From a virus, in the UHGV virus genome UHGV-0286546: a stretch of 64,000 nucleotides of DNA. One strand, 5' to 3'. Made by a program: the position numbers and the translations under genes. Under the pieces are notes generated by a model. The model was not told where the DNA came from and ran no database searches. It saw only the letters and a list, made by a program, of their open reading frames with translations. Positions 37,712-47,181 of this stretch are shown one piece after another (position 1 is the first letter of the stretch; the number at the start of each line of letters is the position of its first letter).

Positions 37712-38413
37712 ATGGTTTGCAAAGCATTAGATCGTAAATTAATTCGTGTATCAAAAGAACGAACAAAAAAAGTAGGTGTACGTAGTATAAATGACATTAT
37801 TAACAATACACCTAATCTTACTTTCGCTGAAAAAATCGCATACATTCGTCATCATTATACCTATTATGAGGGAAATTATCCTATGTTCCATCATAAAAAC
37901 GGTAAACCAAACGAAGTCAAAGCAGAACTCAATAATTTAATTGTAGATGTATTAAATAAAAAAGTACAGCCGGATGTTTTATCTGCATTTAATAAACGTA
38001 TTTTAGAATGGCGCAAAGAAAATAACATAGCAAATGAAAATATTGTTGACTCTTATATGCCAGTTGTTAATAAGCCTACTCCCGCTTGGAAACTTTCTGT
38101 TGAAACAGTTGAATCTGCTAAACCGTATATTTGTATAATTGATAAATACTTAAAGTCTTCTTTTAATGATTTAACAGATAAAGAAGAAGAAACTATTTCA
38201 TACAAAGAAATTAAGAAAAAAGCATTAGATTGGGTATATAATCTTTCCGAAGAAGAATTAGATAATTTAATTGCTTCTAATCGTATTTTAACTGATATTA
38301 AAGATAAATTGTTAAAAGCTAGAAATTATGAATACTCTTTAATTAAAGAAAAAATGAGACAATATGCAAAAGATTTAGGTTATTTAAATTCAGATCGAGC
38401 CTGTGCTGAATAA
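37712..38413 (+). CDS. hypothetical protein (233 aa)
   Basis: ORF only. Confidence 0.55.
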   Translation: MVCKALDRKLIRVSKERTKKVGVRSINDIINNTPNLTFAEKIAYIRHHYTYYEGNYPMFHHKNGKPNEVKAELNNLIVDVLNKKVQPDVLSAFNKRILEWRKENNIANENIVDSYMPVVNKPTPAWKLSVETVESAKPYICIIDKYLKSSFNDLTDKEEETISYKEIKKKALDWVYNLSEEELDNLIASNRILTDIKDKLLKARNYEYSLIKEKMRQYAKDLGYLNSDRACAE

Positions 38414-38417
38414 AATT

Positions 38418-38448
38418 GTTTTACATATTTAAAAAACAGGATATTTTA
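38418..38448 (+). promoter_or_regulatory. promoter-like (tTGTTTTACA-N17-ATTTTA)
   Basis: Recurrent motif with a weak -10. Confidence 0.3.
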
Positions 38449-38477
38449 AAATAGCTTGAATCAATAAGGAATACGTT

Positions 38478-38960
38478 ATGCTTAATTTCTATAAAAACTC
38501 AATCACAGTACCGTTTGTGGGTGGATTAGCTAGTTACGAGAAATTTGAACATGTACACGTGTATATTTATTATGATTGGTTAACTACTTATAAAACATTA
38601 GGATTAGTTTATAATTCAATTAAAAATTTATTCCTTGATAAAGAAAATATTGAGGTACCGGATAGTATTGGTTATGAAATTAAATTTTTAGACAAAGGAG
38701 CTGAAAATACCAAATTCGATCCTATTTTTAAGATTACTCGTAAAGATGGTGATACTGTTGCTCGTCATCAAGAAATATTAGCGGCAGTGGTATTAATTGA
38801 ATCATTAAACGAAATAAATAAAAAAAATTTAAATTTCAAAAGTACACCAGATCTTGATTTGTTATTAGCAACAATTCGCTTACAATACGCTTCTCCTTAT
38901 GATATGGGAAAGATATTAGCAATATTTTTTGATTCGGAGTTTGAAAAATGTTTTTCGTAG
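38478..38960 (+). CDS. family-like protein (…LLLATIRLQYASPY…)
   Basis: LxRI box variant near the C-terminus. Confidence 0.5.
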   Translation: MLNFYKNSITVPFVGGLASYEKFEHVHVYIYYDWLTTYKTLGLVYNSIKNLFLDKENIEVPDSIGYEIKFLDKGAENTKFDPIFKITRKDGDTVARHQEILAAVVLIESLNEINKKNLNFKSTPDLDLLLATIRLQYASPYDMGKILAIFFDSEFEKCFS

Positions 38961-39280
38961 CTGATTTTCAATATAATTCTATTTATAATAGAAGGTGTAA
39001 AACGAGAGTAAGATTTATTTCTTATAATATAACTGATTTTTCGATAAAGAATGCACAGTATAATTATTTATGTGATCAGGAATTTCTCGAGTATTTAGGG
39101 AAAATTAGTAATACGATTCAAAATGTGAATAAAGCCGAATCTATACATAGAAATTATACTTTTATAATCGAAAGTTTTCCAGAAGAAATACAAACGTTAC
39201 TTTCTATATCAAAAGATGTTGTAGGAACTTTTAAAACTTACTTAAATGATGAAAAATTGGATAAATTAGCAAAGGAATAA
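38948..39280 (+). CDS. hypothetical protein
   Basis: ORF only. Confidence 0.5.
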   Translation: MFFVADFQYNSIYNRRCKTRVRFISYNITDFSIKNAQYNYLCDQEFLEYLGKISNTIQNVNKAESIHRNYTFIIESFPEEIQTLLSISKDVVGTFKTYLNDEKLDKLAKE

Positions 39281-39283
39281 AAA

Positions 39284-39697
39284 ATGTTTGGTTTAGAAAA
39301 GTTATTTAAAAGAAAAACAGATCGTTTTGTTTATGAATTAGGAAATTTATTAGATAATCCTGATAAAACTTTAGTATGTTATAGTGACTTGTACAAAAAG
39401 TTAGGTCTTTTTTCAAAATTAGAAGAGTTAAAAGTTTCTAATAATGAATCCAAATACCACTATAAGAATGTAAGAGCTAATGAAAAAACAATTACAAAGA
39501 TTGGACTAGCTTTAAAAGATAATTTAATAAACACAAAAAACAAATGGTCCAGAATCTATAAAAAAACTAAGCTTGGTAGTATGGCAGCTTGGGATTCGTT
39601 AATGTTTGCTCCTTTCAGTGACGAAAAAATAAAAGATGATACTATTGTTATTTTAGCTCCAACAGATAAAGATTATACTAAGTTTTCAGAGGAATAA
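39284..39697 (+). CDS. hypothetical protein
   Basis: ORF only. Confidence 0.5.
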   Translation: MFGLEKLFKRKTDRFVYELGNLLDNPDKTLVCYSDLYKKLGLFSKLEELKVSNNESKYHYKNVRANEKTITKIGLALKDNLINTKNKWSRIYKKTKLGSMAAWDSLMFAPFSDEKIKDDTIVILAPTDKDYTKFSEE

Positions 39698-39702
39698 TAA
39701 TT

Positions 39703-39924
39703 ATGCAAGATAACAATGAAATTGAAAATAAAGAGCCTTCTTTAGCTGATATGCTCGGTATGAGTTTTAATGAAGACGGATCGATGGCAAGTATTTCAGA
39801 TATCGGCGAAAGTAAAATGTTTAGAAAGCTAAATCATAAAGAGCGTAGAATACGAGCTGCTATTGAAAGACGCAGAAAGAAACATGAAAGGAAAATCGAT
39901 GGGTTATTACGAAATAGAAGTTAA
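39703..39924 (+). CDS. hypothetical small basic protein
   Basis: ORF with an Arg/Lys-rich C-terminus. Confidence 0.45.
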   Translation: MQDNNEIENKEPSLADMLGMSFNEDGSMASISDIGESKMFRKLNHKERRIRAAIERRRKKHERKIDGLLRNRS

Positions 39925-40321
39925 TGATAATGATTGTGTAAGAATCGATATCGAAGACGAATTCATAGAAGATATGAAAGACTTATTCATAGATGAAAAG
40001 GATAAAGAAACTTTCATTAATTTGATGAAAAAGTATAAAGGTAAAAAAGTATATGATGTAACAGCTCATATCGGCTCAGTTCAAGTTTGTGATAGTGATT
40101 TGAAAGATACCGTAATTGAATACTTAGAAGATAACGATGATTTATTAGAAAGTAGACAGCCTATTGTTAAAGCTGCTCCACTTAAAAAAACTACAATAGA
40201 AAAGTTAAATGATATTATATATAGATTTGATAATATTATTTATAAAGACAAAGCACAATTAGATAAAAAAGAACTACTAGAAATAAGAGAGTTTTTGAAG
40301 GACACACTGCTAGATGGTTAA
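39899..40321 (+). CDS. hypothetical acidic protein
   Basis: Start chosen at ATG 39899 after RBS gaaaggaaaatcgATG. Confidence 0.5.
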   Translation: MGYYEIEVNDNDCVRIDIEDEFIEDMKDLFIDEKDKETFINLMKKYKGKKVYDVTAHIGSVQVCDSDLKDTVIEYLEDNDDLLESRQPIVKAAPLKKTTIEKLNDIIYRFDNIIYKDKAQLDKKELLEIREFLKDTLLDG

Positions 40322-41309
40322 AATAAGGTTAATTAGTGATATACATTTTGATGCTGGATTAAACGGATTAGAAGAGCATTCGACTAAAGATTCAAATCAT
40401 AGTCCTTTTGGCTCATATTTTGCTAAAGAATTAAAAAAAGAAAAAGCTGACGTTACTATAATTGCCGGTGATTTATCTGCAACTCTTAATGGTCATGATC
40501 TTTTCTTAAATACATTTTTTAATAATCAGAATGTTATATTTATAGGTGGAAATCACGAAGTTTATCGAGAAACTGGTCAGACTATCTATGAAATAAAAGA
40601 AGAGATGCGTCAAGCTTTTCCAGAAACTCATTTATTTTGGCACTATTTAGAAAATAATTGGATGTGGTTACCTGGCGCTAATCGGTCTGTAGCTGTTATC
40701 GGTAGTACTTTCTATACTGATTATGAATATACTAATTTTACAGTAGATTCATATAACGATTACAAAAAAGCTTGGAATGATGCACTTAAATTGTGGGGTT
40801 TGGGTAATTATACATATAAACCTGTAAAAAGACTCACGAAGAAAATGATTATAGCAGAAAACAAATTACTTGCATCTGAGAACTTAAACGATTTTAGATG
40901 GGGATTAGAAACACATATTACAAATATTACTCCAGAAACGTATTTAAAGCTCAACAGACAAGCAAAAGACGAAGTTATAAGGTGTCATAAGGAGATTGTT
41001 GAATGTAATCCAGAGGCTAAAATAATACTCGTTACACATCATTGCTTATCACCACAGTGTATAGATACTTCTTATGTAAGAGATAAATCTAATGCAAGTT
41101 ATGTATCTAATCTTGAAAAATGGATTTGTAAAGAATTACCGAATGTTCGTTTAGTTAATTCAGGACATGTACATTGTAGAAAAGATTTTACATTCGGCAA
41201 AGATAAAAAGAGATATATTGTAAATGCTTGCGGATATATTAGACGGCGTGAACCTTGGTTAAATGATAAGTTCAAACCTAATCTAATAATTAACACAGAA
41301 GAATTGTAA
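40314..41309 (+). CDS. calcineurin-like metallophosphoesterase
   Basis: Motifs SDIHFD, GDLS, GGNHE, VTHH and GHVH. Confidence 0.65.
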   Translation: MVKIRLISDIHFDAGLNGLEEHSTKDSNHSPFGSYFAKELKKEKADVTIIAGDLSATLNGHDLFLNTFFNNQNVIFIGGNHEVYRETGQTIYEIKEEMRQAFPETHLFWHYLENNWMWLPGANRSVAVIGSTFYTDYEYTNFTVDSYNDYKKAWNDALKLWGLGNYTYKPVKRLTKKMIIAENKLLASENLNDFRWGLETHITNITPETYLKLNRQAKDEVIRCHKEIVECNPEAKIILVTHHCLSPQCIDTSYVRDKSNASYVSNLEKWICKELPNVRLVNSGHVHCRKDFTFGKDKKRYIVNACGYIRRREPWLNDKFKPNLIINTEEL

Positions 41310-41563
41310 AAATATTTTTTGTAGACAATCTCCCATTTAGTATTCTATATTATATACTTTTTGGGAGATTTTTTAATGCAATTTAACTTTTATAAATGTA
41401 ATGGTACTTGGAATATGAAAACAATAAATGAAGCATGTGACACCGAAACCATTACTTGTTTTGATAATACAGTAACAAACGAACAAATTATTGACATCGC
41501 ACTGATATTGGGTAAAGGTGATAATGTCGAAATAAATGTAAACTTTACAGAAAGGAACTAACA

Positions 41564-42199
41564 ATGGATGAAGTTGAACAGTTCGACGCTATGATGAATG
41601 ATGAACTCAAAGGAGCAGTAAACGATGTACTTAAAGCATTAGAAAGTTACACTTCGGAAAAATTAAATAGCTTAAGTAATTTACCAATGGATCTTGTCGA
41701 AGGGTTTTTATATGCAAATTCGATTAGTGTTCCTGAATCATTAAAAAAGCAAATGACAACTCCATACTCAATCGCAAAATACTTGTTACTTAAAGAACAA
41801 GAACGTGAAATGATTGAAAAAGTTGAAACTGAGTTAGAAAACGCTATTGACGCAGAAAAAGTAAATTGGCTTATTTATAAAGATTTAACAAACCGCATTA
41901 GCTTTTCTAAAAAAATTCCTATCAACAGTGATGAAGTACCACAGAGTTTGTCTGTAAAATATAAATACGATTCAGATAACGATAAACTCATATATAGTAT
42001 TTCAGACGGTAGTTGGGGTTGGGAAATATCATTAGCTCAGTTAAAAAGTATTTTAGAAAATAAAACAATCAGTCCAATTTCTGAATCTATTTCTAAGCAC
42101 TCTAAAGCTCCAGCAGATGTTAAATTTTCAACCAGTATGACAGATAATGAAATAGTTATTAACAGCGGACAAATAAAAATTATTGTTCAAAAGTGTTGA
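41564..42199 (+). CDS. hypothetical protein
   Basis: ORF with RBS acagaaaggaactaacaATG. Confidence 0.55.
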   Translation: MDEVEQFDAMMNDELKGAVNDVLKALESYTSEKLNSLSNLPMDLVEGFLYANSISVPESLKKQMTTPYSIAKYLLLKEQEREMIEKVETELENAIDAEKVNWLIYKDLTNRISFSKKIPINSDEVPQSLSVKYKYDSDNDKLIYSISDGSWGWEISLAQLKSILENKTISPISESISKHSKAPADVKFSTSMTDNEIVINSGQIKIIVQKC

Positions 42200-42329
42200 T
42201 ATACAAGGCTTTGATTACTATTTGGAAATTTATAAGGCTCATTTGTTATAAATGGGCTTTATTTTTTGTATAAACAGATATAATTTATTTATTGTTTGAA
42301 ACACAATATTTTTATACGGAGGAAAACTG

Positions 42330-42731
42330 ATGGGCGTAGTAAAAATACGATTGAATACGTGGCAAAGATGCGGTAATCGTGATACTAAATTTAAACGTGG
42401 TATTGCTCCGCGTGAAGGCTTTGTTGACGTATGTCCTGAAACCAACACCGTATTCGTCAAGAATGGCGAATATAAATGTAAACCTTGGGATACAGAAGTA
42501 TCTCGTAAAACAGACAAAGAGTATATTTCTAATCGAAAAGAGTTTTATTCTGGTTTATGCTTTGAATCAAAAGAAGATGCTCAAAGTTTTATGAATAAAC
42601 ATAAAGCGGAATTAGACAAACTCGCTGCTGAAAATCCACTCTTTGATCATTGGTCAATCATGAATGTTATTGAACGCTTTGAACCTAATCGTAAATTGGT
42701 ATATGGGAAGGACATCAAAGATGAAAAATAA
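42330..42731 (+). CDS. hypothetical protein
   Basis: ORF with RBS tacggaggaaaactgATG. Confidence 0.55.
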   Translation: MGVVKIRLNTWQRCGNRDTKFKRGIAPREGFVDVCPETNTVFVKNGEYKCKPWDTEVSRKTDKEYISNRKEFYSGLCFESKEDAQSFMNKHKAELDKLAAENPLFDHWSIMNVIERFEPNRKLVYGKDIKDEK

Positions 42732-42969
42732 CCTCGATATATTGCTGAAGGTAATGAAAAGATATTCTGATCGCGCAGAACACTGTTTTAACGCAGGTAT
42801 AGTAATTAGTTTTCTGTTGTTTATCTTACCTTCGTTTTATCGTTTAATTGCACTAGTTGTTTGGTCTGTAGTAACACTTTTTGGTCTATATTTTATGGCC
42901 AAATCTAAGTATTATGGAAAACGATTTGATGGCATAATGAGTGCAGAAGAGAAAGCGTATAAAGAATAG
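42721..42969 (+). CDS. small two-TM membrane protein (holin-like topology, speculative)
   Basis: Start at ATG 42721 (RBS gggaaggacatcaaagATG). Two hydrophobic helices and a charged C-terminus. Confidence 0.4.
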   Translation: MKNNLDILLKVMKRYSDRAEHCFNAGIVISFLLFILPSFYRLIALVVWSVVTLFGLYFMAKSKYYGKRFDGIMSAEEKAYKE

Positions 42970-42998
42970 AAGTAATTTATTGTTCATGAGGGAAAAAT

Positions 42999-43400
42999 AT
43001 GACCAAAGTAGTTGGATATAAACAAAATCAAGAGCACTTTAATTGTTCACCTGAAATTAAAACAAAGATAAGTGAATTGTCATCAATATCAACTTGTCGC
43101 TATGATCCCACAGCCAAAAAAACAGGCGATATTGACGAATTTTTAAAAAGACCAATTAAATATACTTATGATATTACTGTAAAAAGTGAAGATGCATTAA
43201 GTGTATTTAAACATTCTTGTTATTTTGATAACAGAGAGGATGCTGAAAAAAATCATAAAAATTTAAGAGTTAAATATTATGATCAATTGACAGCTCCTTA
43301 TCTCGACAAAATAAAAAGAAAAGGTAAACTTTCGACTTATGATCAAGATGAAATTTTAGGAATTATTAAAAAATTCGATAATCTTAAGCTCGCTTCTTAG
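42999..43400 (+). CDS. hypothetical protein
   Basis: ORF with RBS tgagggaaaaatATG. Confidence 0.55.
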   Translation: MTKVVGYKQNQEHFNCSPEIKTKISELSSISTCRYDPTAKKTGDIDEFLKRPIKYTYDITVKSEDALSVFKHSCYFDNREDAEKNHKNLRVKYYDQLTAPYLDKIKRKGKLSTYDQDEILGIIKKFDNLKLAS

Positions 43401-43704
43401 TTGATTTCTTATCGCGCCGCTTAATAGCTTCCATAAACTTTTTCTTGTTTTCTGGATTCTTATACCAATCAGCTCTTGTTTTGGCGGCGCGAGCATTTAT
43501 TTCTTCTATATTCTTTTTGTTTCTGTGTGCTTTTTTTGCTGCCTCCGAATTACCAATCTGTCCTTTATACATATCACTTCTTAAAAATATTTCATCTTCA
43601 GATTTTGAGTTCTGAAATCTAGACTTTTGTAAATCACCAAAATTTTTAAATTCAGGATGCTGCAATAAATCTAACGTTTCATCTAGTATTTGTTCTATTC
43701 TCAT
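43384..43704 (-). CDS. NUMOD3-like DNA-binding module protein (possible C-terminal half of a split homing endonuclease)
   Basis: GQIGNSEAAKKAHRNKKN resembles NUMOD3 repeats. Overlaps the upstream ORF by ATGA. Confidence 0.4.
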   Translation of the reverse strand: MRIEQILDETLDLLQHPEFKNFGDLQKSRFQNSKSEDEIFLRSDMYKGQIGNSEAAKKAHRNKKNIEEINARAAKTRADWYKNPENKKKFMEAIKRRDKKSTKKRA

Positions 43705-44183
43705 ATTAATTCTTTCCCCGGTGAATATATACGTTGTGCAAATTTATTCTTTTTATAATCAGATTCCCAACAATATATTATTTTAAAGCCTAGTGAATGA
43801 AATAACGCAAATCTAGCTTTTGTTCCTTCATATAATTGTCGGTATGTTGTTTTTGTTAATGGATTTAATGTATCGAAGACTTTTTTATATTTAATAGGAT
43901 TAGCATGATAAAAATCTCCTAAAAATTCATATATTGTACGAGTCGCTAAATTATATCCATCTACAATATATACTTTACCATTAAATCCGTATATAACTTT
44001 ACTTCTTTCTGGTACTTGTAAATTGTTCAACCAAATATCTTCAGTTTTTGATTGTCCATGCCGTAAATTAGTATTACCTACTTTTACAAATCCAATTTTA
44101 GGTTTTTTCGGTCTACAAAACTTTTTAATTGCTTTTCTTGTTGCTATTCTTGATTTTGCAGTTTTTGTCTTACTTGTTCTCAT
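43701..44183 (-). CDS. endonuclease-like protein (DGY…YEFxGxFYH restriction-endonuclease-like core)
   Basis: YIVDGYNLATRTIYEFLGDFYHANP resembles PD-(D/E)xK / DUF559-type nuclease cores. Basic N-terminus. Confidence 0.4.
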   Translation of the reverse strand: MRTSKTKTAKSRIATRKAIKKFCRPKKPKIGFVKVGNTNLRHGQSKTEDIWLNNLQVPERSKVIYGFNGKVYIVDGYNLATRTIYEFLGDFYHANPIKYKKVFDTLNPLTKTTYRQLYEGTKARFALFHSLGFKIIYCWESDYKKNKFAQRIYSPGKELI

Positions 44184-45013
44184 CCTTCCCAGTTTCTCTT
44201 TGTTCTAGGTTTCTTATATTTTTGTACATATTTTTTGTTATTAAACCGATCATATTCGTATTCAATAATTTCAGCCAAACGTTTCATTAATTTAACATAT
44301 CGATCGGAATCCAAAGAATACACGTAATTGATTAAATCATCAGATAACATACAATCTTTTCCATCTTTTGCTTTTTTTATTTCTTTTATAATTGTATTTA
44401 TTACGTTTTGTTTTAATGCTTTGTCGTGCTCATCGTTTAAATTTATTTTATCGAATTGATCTTTTATGTATTTTCTAAAGTAATGTTGAACTTCTATAAA
44501 ATGTGCATTAAACTCCAAAGGTTGATTATAATATTCACGATTCGTTTTTATTTCATTTGTATCTGTGTTATATCGTTTTAAATCTTGTCTATGTATTAAT
44601 TCGTGAATGATAGAGCTTTTTATGTTTGTCTTCATAATTATTTTGACAATATCTGGTAGTGTTATTTTATTTGGAGTATTTAATATAGAAACATAAACAA
44701 TATCTTCTTTGTCTTCAGTATCTATAAATACAGTTGCGTCAGATATGTCTTTTGATAAAAATATGTACTTTATATCGTCCACTTCTATACAAGGTCCAAA
44801 AAATGCTTTATTATGTCCATTGTATTTATAAAAATCAGAAAAATCTCCAGTATCTAAAATGGTTTTAATTTTTGTTATAAATTTTCTAGCTTTCATATGA
44901 GCGAGAGTTTCAGCACGTAAATCATCTTCTGCGTTTTCTAATAAAAATCTTTCGAATGTTTCTTCTGTTTGTTCACTCAAATCCGATTTAAGTGCATACC
45001 ATAAAATTGTCAT
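44180..45013 (-). CDS. hypothetical protein with HExxH motif (HELIH)
   Basis: IIHELIHRQD motif. Otherwise unknown. Confidence 0.45.
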   Translation of the reverse strand: MTILWYALKSDLSEQTEETFERFLLENAEDDLRAETLAHMKARKFITKIKTILDTGDFSDFYKYNGHNKAFFGPCIEVDDIKYIFLSKDISDATVFIDTEDKEDIVYVSILNTPNKITLPDIVKIIMKTNIKSSIIHELIHRQDLKRYNTDTNEIKTNREYYNQPLEFNAHFIEVQHYFRKYIKDQFDKINLNDEHDKALKQNVINTIIKEIKKAKDGKDCMLSDDLINYVYSLDSDRYVKLMKRLAEIIEYEYDRFNNKKYVQKYKKPRTKRNWEG

Positions 45014-45160
45014 TCTTATTAATCCTTTGCTTTGTATTATTATCTAGAACTTTAAAATAATTTAGTAGAATTTTAAAAGAAAAACGTTCTATATTATGTA
45101 AGTGCTTAATTGTGAGGCTTACAAATTTGAATCTTGCTTAACTATTAGGAGATTTTAAAA

Positions 45161-45619
45161 ATGAATAAACAATTATCACCACTTGGACGTGGTTCTCTTT
45201 CTCGTATTATCGATTCACCTTTTTCTTCATTTATTGACGCATTTTTTTCAGAGGCTCTTCCTTTAAGCCTTGTTGATCGTCAAGAATCGTATCCGAAATA
45301 TAATATTCTCAGAAAAAACAAAGATGTAACTGATCAATTTACTATTGAACTCAGTTTGGCAGGTTTTTCTAAAGACACAATTAGTGTTTCAACAAAAAAT
45401 GATATTCTATATGTTGAAAATACTAATGCTGGCTGGAAAGAATGTGCAGAATGCGATTATCTTTATAAGGGTATTGCAGAACGTGATTTTAAATGGAAAC
45501 TTAAACTTCCTAAATTCTCAGTAATTGATAAAGTTACTTTTATTAATGGTATTCTTTCAATCGATATTTCTATTAAAATTCCTGAAAGTGAAAAACCTAA
45601 AATTTATACAATAGACTAA
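45161..45619 (+). CDS. small heat-shock protein (Hsp20/alpha-crystallin family)
   Basis: ACD pattern: YPKYNI…FTIELSLAGFSKDTISVSTKNDILYVE…GIAERDFKWKLKLP…INGILSIDI. Confidence 0.7.
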   Translation: MNKQLSPLGRGSLSRIIDSPFSSFIDAFFSEALPLSLVDRQESYPKYNILRKNKDVTDQFTIELSLAGFSKDTISVSTKNDILYVENTNAGWKECAECDYLYKGIAERDFKWKLKLPKFSVIDKVTFINGILSIDISIKIPESEKPKIYTID

Positions 45620-45632
45620 TAAAAAGGAGAAA

Positions 45633-45673
45633 AGCGCTCTGCATATAATAACAACAGGGCGCTTATTTTTTGT
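45633..45673 (+). terminator. rho-independent terminator (agcgctctg-N13-cagggcgct + T-run)
   Basis: Directly after the Hsp20 stop. Confidence 0.65.
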
Positions 45674-45702
45674 TTTACATAATATTCCAAATAGTTTATT
45701 TT
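45672..45702 (+). promoter_or_regulatory. promoter-like (tTGTTTTACA-N17-TATTTT)
   Basis: Recurrent motif overlapping the terminator T-run. Confidence 0.3.
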
Positions 45703-45740
45703 ATCCTTATATCAACTAAATAAGAAAGGATATAACTCGA

Positions 45741-46163
45741 ATGTCATTCTTTGATATATTTAAAAATTTACTAAAGAAGAAAGAAGAAAATCCAATTACA
45801 GTAGAATGGTTTATTAAAAATTTGCCAGCTGAAATTTGTAATAAAGAAGATGAAGAAAGACTGCTCAACACATTGATTTGTGATGAAATATCTGAACATA
45901 ATGAAAATGTAGCAAATTTTATAATCCAAACTTCGAAAGCAGAGCGTCGAAAACTATTAGATCGATTTGATGCTATATTAAAATCATATGCCCAGTACAT
46001 TGAAGAAACCTCTGCTGTTACTTTACATTTTTTATTTGCTAATAAAGAAAAGTTATCTCCAGATACTGCTTTGGCTGTTGCAGAATGCGCTAGAAAAAAA
46101 TTGGAATATTCTAGTAAAATTTTAATTGAATTTGCTAAATTTTGTGATACTATTTTATCTTAA
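45741..46163 (+). CDS. hypothetical protein
   Basis: ORF with RBS ataagaaaggatataactcgaATG. Confidence 0.55.
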   Translation: MSFFDIFKNLLKKKEENPITVEWFIKNLPAEICNKEDEERLLNTLICDEISEHNENVANFIIQTSKAERRKLLDRFDAILKSYAQYIEETSAVTLHFLFANKEKLSPDTALAVAECARKKLEYSSKILIEFAKFCDTILS

Positions 46164-46175
46164 AGGGAATCAAAT

Positions 46176-47066
46176 ATGACAAAAAACGCTAATAATCCAA
46201 ATAATCCGTTTACTACATACGAATGGAGACATACTGTAATTCCAGTAGATCAATTGGATCCAAGAATTATTGATTTGCTTCCACCCGAGTTAAGAAAAGC
46301 TGTGGAAAAAGAAGTTGGTATAGGAAATCAACAAACTACTGAAGAAGAACCTGTACAAAAAGAAAAAATTAAATTCGATTATAAAATGGTTAATTGTAAT
46401 CAGGATTTAAAAGAACTTACTACCAAACTTAAGAAATCAAAAATTAAACAATATGGTATTCTTTTGTACGGAGTGTCCGGTGCAGGTAAATCTTTCTACG
46501 GTCAATGGTTGGCACAAGAACTCAAAATGCCTGTAATTAAAAAACGTGCTTCTGATCTCAATGATAAATTTGTGGGACAAACAGAACAGAATATCAAAAA
46601 GGCGTTTCAGGAAGCAAAAGAAAAGAAAGCTATTCTGATCATTGATGAGGCAGATTCAATGCTTTATGATAGACGTTCTTCGACTCAAATGTATCAGGCT
46701 ACTGCAGTAAATGAAGTATTAACTCAAATGGAAGATCATCCCTATCCGTTTATCATGACTTCTAACCTCAAAGACAAAATTGATACTGCTGCATTACGTC
46801 GCTTTATCTTCAAAATTAAATACGATTATATGAAACCTGAAAATGTACAAGCCGGAGTAAAAACATACTTTGGTAAAGAGTTTAAACTGAGTAAAGAACA
46901 ACTTGATCAGCTTAAATATATCTGTTCTGGTGATTTTAAAGTTGCTAAAGCTAAAGTTGATATTCTTGAAAATGGTGAATGCACTAATGATATGATTTTC
47001 AAATATCTTCTAAAAGAACAGGAAGAAAAAGAAATTAAACAAGGCAGTAATAAAATTAATTTCTAA
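46176..47066 (+). CDS. AAA+ ATPase
   Basis: Walker A GVSGAGKS, Walker B ILIIDEAD, followed by a sensor-1-like TSN. Confidence 0.7.
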   Translation: MTKNANNPNNPFTTYEWRHTVIPVDQLDPRIIDLLPPELRKAVEKEVGIGNQQTTEEEPVQKEKIKFDYKMVNCNQDLKELTTKLKKSKIKQYGILLYGVSGAGKSFYGQWLAQELKMPVIKKRASDLNDKFVGQTEQNIKKAFQEAKEKKAILIIDEADSMLYDRRSSTQMYQATAVNEVLTQMEDHPYPFIMTSNLKDKIDTAALRRFIFKIKYDYMKPENVQAGVKTYFGKEFKLSKEQLDQLKYICSGDFKVAKAKVDILENGECTNDMIFKYLLKEQEEKEIKQGSNKINF

Positions 47067-47088
47067 ACAATAAACAAGAAAGCAATCA

Positions 47089-47127
47089 AACCGGTAATTA
47101 ATACAAAAATTGCCGGTTTTTTATTTT
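47089..47127 (+). terminator. rho-independent terminator (aaccggtaa-N12-ttgccggtt + T-run)
   Basis: End of the plus-strand block. Confidence 0.65.
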
Positions 47128-47130
47128 AAA

Positions 47131-47176
47131 CAATTATAATAAAAAGCAGGCACCTGTAGAAAAAGGGTACCTGCTT
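47131..47176 (-). terminator. rho-independent terminator for minus-strand block (agcaggcacc/ggtacctgct)
   Basis: Hairpin followed on the minus strand by a T-run. Convergent with the 47089 terminator. Confidence 0.6.
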
Positions 47177-47181
47177 GTTGC

